In this document: positions 34,701 through 42,031 of the stretch, piece by piece
Numbering within the stretch: the first letter of the stretch is position 1
Layout: each line of letters begins with the position of its first letter
Origin: Planctomycetota bacterium
GTDB lineage: Bacteria; Planctomycetota; GCA-002687715; CAIWVZ01
NCBI GenBank assembly: GCA_044222185.1
Contig: JBGANV010000002.1
Coordinates: forward strand, 768,001 to 832,000
Length of the DNA: 64,000 nucleotides
Direction: 5' to 3'
Translations under genes and position numbers: made by a program
Notes under the pieces: generated by a model
The model's database searches: none
The model's input: the letters and a program-made list of their open reading frames with translations, nothing else
Told to the model about the DNA's origin: nothing

Positions 34701-35902
34701 GGGGACGAGACGCCGACGACGTTCCAGCGGCCGGCGACCGGCGCGCAGCTGAAGACCGCGTCGGAGCACGACGTGGAGATGCTCCCCACGTTCGTGAGGT
34801 GGAAGCTGGCGCACCCGTTCACGGATGCGATGGCGAGCGAGAGCGGCGTGCTCGTCGCGCTCGTGCCGCGATTCGTTCCGCCGGATTGCGTGCAGCCGCC
34901 GCTCGTATGGATTCCGACTGCGGTGGTCCCGAAGATCGTCGAGACGAGGATCGGGGATCCGTCCGAGCCGGCTTCCGTGTCGACGTCGTGGTTGAGGATC
35001 GTGCCGCTGCCCGCGGACACGCTCCCCGTGGCCGTTTGCTGGACTTCATTTCGCGTCAGGTCCGGCGTCGAGTCCTGGCCGAATCCGGTCACCGAGCAGT
35101 TGAACGGCCCGGATCCGAGGCTCGCGAACGGATACGACCCGACCAGGCCGATCGGATCCCCGTTCACGTTCGGGAAGAAGCGGCCCACGGCCCAGTCGAG
35201 TCCGGGTCCCTGCGAGTTGAACTGGAACGACGAGTTCTGTGCGGGGAACTGATTGACGATCGCCGGATGGAGGATGATCCCGGACGAAGTCGAGAGCGGG
35301 ACGTTCCGCTCCGCGACGACCGACAGCCCCGTGAATCCCGCGAAGAAGTGTCCGGCGCTCAACACGGTCGTCGCACCGGAGATGACGAACCCGGTGCAGC
35401 GATTCGCACCCTGGTTCGTGTTGATGATCAGCCGCACGACGCGTTGGTCGATGCTCAGCGTGCGATCGTCCGTGAAGCAGACGGTCTCGGGGAGCAGCGG
35501 GGCCACTTGCACCATGGCGCCGCCGACCGAGACCCGTCCGGCCGACTGAGGGCCGAGCACCAAGGACACGTGCAGTGCGTTCCCGTTGAACCAGCCGGAG
35601 GTGCCTTCCCACTCCATCAGGCCGCGGCCATCGAGGCGGTGCACCTGGCCGTCGAGCGGATTCGTGACGACGATGGCATCCAGCGGACCCGCCAGCTGCG
35701 CCACGTCGAAGCGCAGGCGCATGGTCGCAGCCGCGGGGACGTGGACGGTCTCGCTCCACACCGATGCGATCGACCCCGTTGCATTCGTGAGGAGGCCGCT
35801 GTCCACGGACACGGGCACCGTCGCCGTATTGGGGATCGATTGGCCGCGAAGGGCGCAGGTGAGCACGGCGAAGCTGAGGGCGAAGTTGCGGGCGATCGAC
35901 AT
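31757..35902 (-). CDS. Large secreted trypsin-fold (lysyl-endopeptidase-like) protein with IPT/TIG repeats; catalytic Ser replaced
   Basis: Signal peptide and pro-region (RLRFD...SGWFNG...PETVC..DDR). Motifs CTGF, SAGH, DWA, DTEAGSDGSP, GIHTSGGC. Three IPT/TIG-like repeats and a C-terminal module. Confidence 0.82.
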   Translation of the reverse strand: MSIARNFALSFAVLTCALRGQSIPNTATVPVSVDSGLLTNATGSIASVWSETVHVPAAATMRLRFDVAQLAGPLDAIVVTNPLDGQVHRLDGRGLMEWEGTSGWFNGNALHVSLVLGPQSAGRVSVGGAMVQVAPLLPETVCFTDDRTLSIDQRVVRLIINTNQGANRCTGFVISGATTVLSAGHFFAGFTGLSVVAERNVPLSTSSGIILHPAIVNQFPAQNSSFQFNSQGPGLDWAVGRFFPNVNGDPIGLVGSYPFASLGSGPFNCSVTGFGQDSTPDLTRNEVQQTATGSVSAGSGTILNHDVDTEAGSDGSPILVSTIFGTTAVGIHTSGGCTQSGGTNRGTSATSTPLSLAIASVNGCASFHLTNVGSISTSCSDAVFSCAPVAGRWNVVGVSSPSDWDIAFGNVQSVFANDVCDYLVTNGHNGTIPPTIGRITRFGGSAPGQAQFSAAQVVPMNQTGARPWTTSTVLSAFEFEVTTAGSYDLNVAGDPSLRWALYSPAVVSTWAPRSTQVLVDRAMGAPTTIALNPGFHCVVIYRNGGPAQFLSADSVALSVCQSHPPLALSAGIPQVTTSACEAFTLSPTAGVWNAVAVGSADDWDLTLGAADGSNPAPTTEFAAADGHNGFPTPTAGLITRQSGSGPATIELASATSLGSGGYILTSMPAGHLIRVFEVSTSVTVGYELTTAGDPSLKWYLLASLGSGFEGATQVVQSGTVGDGGGNVTLVTTGGVVRTMGLAIVRQGAPATSDLPLTIRLADSSTHVTLSGPGATATVSNTPASHAFTCAPVAGKWNALAITGSTLAINSGFGLAIGTGGSFATDTSAVLANGHLGAISSTEGIVYNNSATHTSATLLESGITTLSVGSLGGTAAFATFPRVHVFEFEVTFPGLFDIAVSGPTGYAWSLFKPGTSSEWRSRTTADLSAGFGTQQGVLLQPGWHAVLVRRGSGTVSGATASVTVTPQSQPAPTLASVSPNSTGAGSADLGVTLTGTGFNALTSVRWDGATALAITSLSPTTIVATIPAALIATPGAHTLRVTNPLPGGGTSSTVPFTVLAPTPILVQVTPDHVIAGSTNVTLTVLVSPATPVFPGSAVRLNSAFLPTTFVDSTTLTAQVGALLILSPTTAAVTVIAASPGGGISASLPLFVEAPAITTTSPATLPLMTAASPSVDVTLTGARFLPGAVVHAGVTTLPTTFVSATQLVCSVGPQVLETHAAGGVALTVENGHFAISNTVAIPVGIGGANVGTVIRRPLDPFPGEAYVAIVDGGLPGAPLSLLVDLAVPTPIAQWPTPVENFVLGVGTPGSTLALVDGIGVLGPPSPSVVFTPNPSNPALGIFVLSGFNRPASPLNLTAAMQVAWLDAAAPSGFRLGWTRIEQL

Positions 35903-35989
35903 CCTGGTCTCCGATGCGGCCGGACCTCTGGCCGACGGAAGACGTCATGGGTCGATTGGTGAGAGTCTTACACGGGAAAAAACTTGGGC

Positions 35990-38467
35990 TCAGCGCTCGA
36001 GGCGCCGCGCCGGTCTGACGCCCGTCTCGGGGAGGCGCGCCGTCGGTGGCTCGATGCGCCGGCGGGCTGACCGGAGCTCGTTGGCTTCGTTCGGAAACCC
36101 GCCCCCGCGGCGGATCCTGTGTTCGGCCTCGTCCAGTCCGCCGCGCTCACCGGTGCCAGGCATCCGCGGGTCCTCGTACCGGGCGAAGACGTCCAGGCAC
36201 CACTCGGAGACGTTGCCGGCCACGTCGTGCAATCCGAAGGCGTTCGGGCGTCGTCCGCCCACGGGAGCGAGGGCCTGCACGGAGAAAACGGCCGCCCCGT
36301 CGAGCGTGGCTGCGGTGTCTCCGGTCCACCACGGTGACGTGGTGCCGCCCCGTGCCGCGTATTCCCACTGAGCCTCCGTGGGAAGATCGAGCCCGAGGCT
36401 CGCCATGGCGGCGCGGGCCTCGTTCCAGTCGACGTCGGTGACGGGAAGGACACCGTTCGATTCAACTTCGCCTCGCCCTGCCGGCAGTCCGGGAGTGGAT
36501 CCCGTCGCGCGCGCCCACTGGGAGCGAGTCATCTCGAACTTCGAGAGGAAGTACGCGTCGAGGGGAACGACGTCGAGCGGAGCCTCGTCCGGCGTCGCGC
36601 TCGGGTCGAGATTCGGGCCCGTCGGCGGATCATCCGGACCCGGACGCCGGGCGCCCATGCGCGCGGGCCCGCCGGGGACGAGAACGAGCACGATCCCGGT
36701 GGCCGAGGTGATCACGTACCGGCCGTCTTCATCCTGGGCCGGCGTGTCGCCGCTCAACACCACGAGGAACTCCCAGAGCCCGGACCGCGGATCACGTCGC
36801 AGCGGCGAAAGCCCCGTCTGGGGCCGGATCGCCATGCCGCCGTAGCGCGGACATTCCCTCGAATCCGCGATGGATCGACGGGCCACCTCCCAGGCATCCG
36901 CCGCCGACGCCGCCGACGTTTCGAGCCGCCGGATCTGATCCAACCGCCGCGTGGTCGCCGCGATCGAGCCGCGGAACGGGTCCGGATCCACGAGACGGTC
37001 GAGCCCCGCGACGATGGCGGAGAGCACTCCGTCCTCCCACGTGTCGTGAACGGAGTCGTAAGCGACCGGAGCGGCGACGGGAGGCATCGACGCCTCGATC
37101 CGCTCGATCAACCTACGCAGGTGAGTTTCGGCGGAGGCGGAGTCCGCGCTCGCTGCGGCGAGTTGCGCGAGGCGAACGCGCAGGCCGTGAACCTCACGAA
37201 TCCGCTGGGCCTGTTCCGCGTTCCTCGCCGCCGGGCGCGACTCGGGGCGCCCTCGGGATCGGAGTCGCTCGAGTTCGGCGCGATGGACCGCGAGGCGTCG
37301 AACGAGCGCGTCGGCATCGGCGAGCCACGCCCGCAGCTTCGGCTCGATCGCCGGGGACGGACCCTCCAGCCGTGCAGCGGACGTTTCGAGTTCCACCACG
37401 CGCTGCCGGTCGGCGAGACGCTCGGCACGTTCGACGTCGAGCCGCGCGGACAGGGCGGCGTCGGTCGCGCGCGTCGCCGCGATCGAAGCGCGGTGGACGT
37501 GGCCTCGGAACTCGCCATTCTTGACGGCGGCGACGATCGCCGAGACGGTGAGGAAGACGAGCAGGAAGGCGCCGAGAGCGGCCGACGCCCGATGCCGGGA
37601 CGCCCACCGTGCGGCGCGCGCGACGAGCCCGTAGCGGCGAGCCGTCACGCGTTCGGCTGCGCGCAGTCTCGCGAGGTCGTCGGCGAACGCGTCGACCGTG
37701 GGGTAGCGGCGCGCCGGATCCCGGTCCAACGCGCGGGCGAGCACGGCCTCGAGGTCCCGGGATGCGCCACGCATCACGCTGCGAAGGAGCGGCGCGTCCT
37801 CGCCCTGCAGTCGCGCGATCAGCGCGGCACGGGTCGGAGCTGCGAACGGCGCCTCGCCCGACACCAGTTCGAAGAGCACGGCCCCGAGGGAAAACACGTC
37901 GGAGCGGATGTCCGGGGGGCGGTCGAGACACTCGGGTGCGAGGTACGCCAGCGTGCCGCCCAGGCGCCCGCCCGGCCGATCGTGTCCCGGTTCGGCGAGG
38001 AAACGCGCGACGCCGAAGTCGAGGACGACGCAGCGGCCCTCCTCGGTCACGAGGAGATTGGCGGGCTTCAAATCACCATGCACCACGCCCGCGAGGTGAG
38101 CCGCAGCGACGGCGCGAGCGGCCTCCTCCACGAGGCGTGCGGCTTCTTGCGAGTGCAGCGCGCCGCTCGTCCCGAGCCTCCGCCCTTCGACGAACGACAT
38201 CACGATGTAGGCGCAGCCGTCCTGCACGCCAGCGTCGTGGATCGTGCAGATTCCGGGATGGCGGAGCTTCGAGAGTGCGTCGACTTCCCGGCGAAACCCC
38301 GGCGGGGGCTCCGTCGCGTCCTCGCCGATCGCAGGCGGGAAGATCTTGATCGCGACAGGCCGCGCGAGGGCCGGGTCGTCGGCGAGGTGGACCGTCGCTT
38401 CGCCTCCCCGCCCCAGTTCGCGGAGAAGGCGGTAGCGCCCGAAGGTCTTGGCGTCGGTTGCGCTCAC
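35990..38467 (-). CDS. Ser/Thr kinase - TM - FGE-sulfatase (SUMF1)-like domain protein
   Basis: LGRGGE, HGDLKPAN, DFG, YLAPE, then LPTEAQWEYAARGG, PNAFGLHDVAGNVSEWC, RGG. GTG start overlaps the upstream stop. Confidence 0.9.
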   Translation of the reverse strand: MSATDAKTFGRYRLLRELGRGGEATVHLADDPALARPVAIKIFPPAIGEDATEPPPGFRREVDALSKLRHPGICTIHDAGVQDGCAYIVMSFVEGRRLGTSGALHSQEAARLVEEAARAVAAAHLAGVVHGDLKPANLLVTEEGRCVVLDFGVARFLAEPGHDRPGGRLGGTLAYLAPECLDRPPDIRSDVFSLGAVLFELVSGEAPFAAPTRAALIARLQGEDAPLLRSVMRGASRDLEAVLARALDRDPARRYPTVDAFADDLARLRAAERVTARRYGLVARAARWASRHRASAALGAFLLVFLTVSAIVAAVKNGEFRGHVHRASIAATRATDAALSARLDVERAERLADRQRVVELETSAARLEGPSPAIEPKLRAWLADADALVRRLAVHRAELERLRSRGRPESRPAARNAEQAQRIREVHGLRVRLAQLAAASADSASAETHLRRLIERIEASMPPVAAPVAYDSVHDTWEDGVLSAIVAGLDRLVDPDPFRGSIAATTRRLDQIRRLETSAASAADAWEVARRSIADSRECPRYGGMAIRPQTGLSPLRRDPRSGLWEFLVVLSGDTPAQDEDGRYVITSATGIVLVLVPGGPARMGARRPGPDDPPTGPNLDPSATPDEAPLDVVPLDAYFLSKFEMTRSQWARATGSTPGLPAGRGEVESNGVLPVTDVDWNEARAAMASLGLDLPTEAQWEYAARGGTTSPWWTGDTAATLDGAAVFSVQALAPVGGRRPNAFGLHDVAGNVSEWCLDVFARYEDPRMPGTGERGGLDEAEHRIRRGGGFPNEANELRSARRRIEPPTARLPETGVRPARRLER

Positions 38468-41262
38468 GGACCACCGATCCCCATCGCCGGCCGTACGCCG
38501 ATCCATCCGACCCGTGTTCGTTCGTTCATGCCGAACCGGGCCGAGGACCGACCGTTTCGCGCGACCATGTTGAACGCACCGCCGCGAACGGCGCGTGCGT
38601 CGACGATCCCGGCCGATCGCAGTCCGTCGCCAGGCAATACGGGGATCCTGTAGAACTCCATGCGGTCGCGGCACCACTCGGACACGTTCCCGATCACGTC
38701 GTGAAGTCCAAAAGGGTTGCCGCCGTAGCTGCCCACGGGCGCGGGCCCGCTCCATCCGTCGTCGCGCTCCATGTCGGCGGGGCCCGATGATCCCTCCACC
38801 ACGACCCATCGCGAGTCCGCCATGTTCTCCGTGGACGGCAGCGACGAGAGCGTTCGTCCGCACCACCACGGGGTCGTCGTTCCGCCGCGCGCCGCGGCCT
38901 CCCACTGCGCCTCCGTCGGCATGGAGAGGTCGAGCCGCCGAAGGACTTCTTCGCAGTCGAGGTAGGAGACCTGTTCGACCGGGTTGCGGAGAGTCGGCGC
39001 GTAGCCGTGGTCCCACGCACGATCCGGTCGCGCGTGGCTGGGATTCACGCCGGTCACGCGGAGCCACTGGCCCTGCGTGAGTTCATGCTTCGAGATGAAG
39101 AATGGATCGAGCCTCACCTCGTGGATCGGCGATTCCTTCGGTTGCGCCGCCGGATCGACGTGTCCTCCCGCAGGCTCGTCTTCGTCGGCAGGCGGACGAG
39201 CGCCCATGCGATAGGTGCCCCCTGGGATCAGGACGAGGACGACACCTGAGTCGTCACGAAGGGCGAGCGACCCCGTGGCCGTTCGCTCCGGCGGGTTCCC
39301 GCTGGCGAGGTGGGCGAACTCCCAGAGCCCGGACGTTCGATCGGCGCCGAGGGGAACGAGTCCGAGGATGGGTCGGATGCGCAGTCCTCCATACGCCGGA
39401 TGCAGGCGAACGTCTGCGATCGCCTCGACGGCGCGATTCCAGGGCTCGGCCCGATCCAAGAGGCTCTCGCGTTCCAGCGACCGGGCGAAGGCGAGCCTCT
39501 TCGCCACGGCGGCGCGGGTGCAACCCACACCGTCCGTCGCTCCGAGCGTCTCCAGCGCGGCGACGAGACGCGAGAGGTTGTCGTGAAGCCATCGATCCTC
39601 CACGTGATCGAAGTGCCACGCGGGCCGCAACGCATCGGTGGCGTCGCTCGACCGGATGGCGGCGTCGGCTTTCGCGATCACGTCCTTCAGGTTGGCTCGG
39701 CGTGACTCGGGCATCGCTTCCGCGGAGACCTCCGCCGCGGCCGCCGCGCGCACGCGGCGGATCCGGGCGATCCGGCCATCGGCGGGATCGGCGGCGGTGC
39801 CGTCGGCGGCGACCCGGCGACCGCGCGCGCGGAGCGCCTCCAGCGCGCGCTGATGGGCGGGCAGGCGGCTCATGAGTACGTCCGCATCCGCGAGCCACGC
39901 CTCGATGGCGGCGACGGTCTTGGGGTGGGCCGGCCACAGCTCGGGCTCGCGTTCGATCAAGGCGTCGACGCGCACGAGGTCGTCCAGCCGTTGGAACTGA
40001 TCGAAGCGGGCTTTCGCTTCGGTCGTGGAGGCATCGGCCAGTTCCTCCTGGTGACGGAGCTCGCGCGCGGCGACTTCGATCCTCGCGTTCGCGAACGCGA
40101 GGCCGACGAGGCTCGCGATGAGCACGAGCGGTGGAAGGACGACGAGCGCGGCGGCGGACGGGTTCCGGCGGCACCACGTGAGCGATTTCCGCAGGCGACC
40201 GGCCGGGCGGACCGAAACGGGCAGGCGTCGGCGGACGCGATGCAGGTCGTCGGCGAAGTCCTGCGCCGTCGCGTAGCGGCGATCCGGATCGGGTTCCGTG
40301 GCGACTTGGAGGACGGCGTCCAGATCGGGTGCCGCTCGCAGGTCCGGCCAGCCGGCGCTGCGGAGCAACGCACGCAGCGTCGATCCCAGTCCGAAAACGT
40401 CCGTTCGACGGTCGATCGCGCGTGGGTTGCCTGACGCCTGCTCGGGTGCCATGAACCCCGGGGTCCCGAGGATGTCGCCCGTCTCGGTCAGCCGGCATGG
40501 GTCCTCGTCGAGGAGGCGCGCGAGTCCGAAGTCGAGGATGACCGGGTCGCCGGATGGCGTGACCATGATGTTCCCCGGCTTCACGTCGCGATGGACGAGC
40601 CCCGCTTCGTGGGCCACGTGGAGCGTGCGCGCCGTCGCCTCGATCAGGCCGACGTAGCGATCGAGCGGACCTCGGTCGGATCCGGACGCCGGCGCCGCGC
40701 CATGCTTCGCCATCTCGGATGCCAGCGTGTGGCCCTCCACGTAGGTCATGACGAAGTAGGCGAGGCCGCAAACCTCGCCGGTGTCGTGCACGGAGGCCAG
40801 GCCCGGGTGATCCAGTCGCGCGAGAGCGCGGGCCTCCCGTTGGAAACGACTGGACAGAACGACCGAGCCCGTCCACGGCGCCTTCAGCACCTTCACCGCG
40901 ACGGGTCTCCCGACCTGCGGATCCGTGGCGAGATACACGGTGCCCTGCCCGCCCCGCCCGATCTCGTTCAGGATGCGATAACGGTCGACGTTGCGCAGCG
41001 CGTGCCCCGGCGCCGAGTCCCCGGCGAGCGTTTCGAGCGAGGGGTCGGTGCCACGTGCGCCATCCGTCGCGTCGGCGGACGTGGCGCCTTCGGCATAGAG
41101 AGCCTCGAGACGGCGCCATTCGTCCGAGACGGCGGCCTCCCGCCCCGGGAAGAGGCGGAGGTACTCGGCTTCGGTGCGGATCACACCCCGGTCGCGGTCG
41201 CCGAAGTAAAGTACGACGAACTCGTCACGGGCTTCGTTCGACTCGGCCTCACCGTCCGGCAT
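38464..41262 (-). CDS. Ser/Thr kinase - TM - FGE-sulfatase-like domain protein
   Basis: IGRGGQG, HRDVKPGN, DFGLA, GTPGFMAPEQ, then PTEAQWEAAARGG, NPFGLHDVIGNVSEWC. N-terminal EYLRLFP segment typical of ECF-linked planctomycete kinases. Confidence 0.9.
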   Translation of the reverse strand: MPDGEAESNEARDEFVVLYFGDRDRGVIRTEAEYLRLFPGREAAVSDEWRRLEALYAEGATSADATDGARGTDPSLETLAGDSAPGHALRNVDRYRILNEIGRGGQGTVYLATDPQVGRPVAVKVLKAPWTGSVVLSSRFQREARALARLDHPGLASVHDTGEVCGLAYFVMTYVEGHTLASEMAKHGAAPASGSDRGPLDRYVGLIEATARTLHVAHEAGLVHRDVKPGNIMVTPSGDPVILDFGLARLLDEDPCRLTETGDILGTPGFMAPEQASGNPRAIDRRTDVFGLGSTLRALLRSAGWPDLRAAPDLDAVLQVATEPDPDRRYATAQDFADDLHRVRRRLPVSVRPAGRLRKSLTWCRRNPSAAALVVLPPLVLIASLVGLAFANARIEVAARELRHQEELADASTTEAKARFDQFQRLDDLVRVDALIEREPELWPAHPKTVAAIEAWLADADVLMSRLPAHQRALEALRARGRRVAADGTAADPADGRIARIRRVRAAAAAEVSAEAMPESRRANLKDVIAKADAAIRSSDATDALRPAWHFDHVEDRWLHDNLSRLVAALETLGATDGVGCTRAAVAKRLAFARSLERESLLDRAEPWNRAVEAIADVRLHPAYGGLRIRPILGLVPLGADRTSGLWEFAHLASGNPPERTATGSLALRDDSGVVLVLIPGGTYRMGARPPADEDEPAGGHVDPAAQPKESPIHEVRLDPFFISKHELTQGQWLRVTGVNPSHARPDRAWDHGYAPTLRNPVEQVSYLDCEEVLRRLDLSMPTEAQWEAAARGGTTTPWWCGRTLSSLPSTENMADSRWVVVEGSSGPADMERDDGWSGPAPVGSYGGNPFGLHDVIGNVSEWCRDRMEFYRIPVLPGDGLRSAGIVDARAVRGGAFNMVARNGRSSARFGMNERTRVGWIGVRPAMGIGGP

Positions 41263-41321
41263 GCCTGCGGAGTATAGGTCCGCCGCCGATCGTCCGGTGA
41301 CATCCGAGAGTCAGCAACATC

Positions 41322-41954
41322 GTGGAACCGACACAGCCGCCAGTTTCCGGAGAGGGGCAGACCTCGCTCCACCTGCGCAATGCGGCGCGAAACGACCGCG
41401 CCAGCACGGCGTGGATCGTCTCGCGATTCACACCGCTCCTCTTGTGCCAGGCGAGTCAGCGAATTCCTGCCTCGCTGCGGCGGTTCTGCGACGCCGACGA
41501 TCTGGTCGCGGACGTCTGGGTCGCCGTCCTCCCGCGGTTGTCCACGCTCGCGCCGTCGGACGGATCGTACAGCCGCGGGCTCCTGCGGCTTGCGTCGACG
41601 GTGTTGATGCGTCGCCTGCGCGATCTCATCGAGAAACACGTCGTCGGAAAGAGACGCGTGGAGTCGAACGAGGCGGGCGATCCCGTGGCTTCGGCCGCGG
41701 ACGCGGACACGCGCGGCGTCGTCACGCACGTGGTCGCCGAGGAGTGCAAGAGTCGCGTCTGGTCGAGCCTCCTGGAACTCGCGCCGATGGATCGGGAGAT
41801 CCTGGTGCTTCGAGGAATCGAGGGGCACTCACACGACGAGATCGCGCTGCGCACGGGTCTTACGCCGACGAATTCCGCCGTGCGATATCACCGGGCGCTG
41901 AAGAGCCTTCGCGCGCTCATCCCGATGTCCGTGTTCGATGAGCTGGAGGAGTGA
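41322..41954 (+). CDS. ECF-family RNA polymerase sigma factor
   Basis: Region 2 DADDLVADVW and region 4 LAPMDREILVLRGIEGHSHDEIA...YHRALKSLR. Divergent from the kinase, 59 bp apart. Confidence 0.85.
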   Translation: MEPTQPPVSGEGQTSLHLRNAARNDRASTAWIVSRFTPLLLCQASQRIPASLRRFCDADDLVADVWVAVLPRLSTLAPSDGSYSRGLLRLASTVLMRRLRDLIEKHVVGKRRVESNEAGDPVASAADADTRGVVTHVVAEECKSRVWSSLLELAPMDREILVLRGIEGHSHDEIALRTGLTPTNSAVRYHRALKSLRALIPMSVFDELEE

Positions 41955-42031
41955 GGGGCGGCGCATTCGTGCTGTGCGGGCGCGGCGTGCACTCGCTCGC
42001 GGTCGGCTCCGACCACCCCTGGATCGAGAGA

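Noticed and set aside
35990-39250. Diversity-generating retroelement targeting the FGE (C-type lectin fold) C-termini
   Set aside because: No reverse transcriptase and no template repeat with adenine-specific differences were seen. The two ends are ordinary diverged paralogs.
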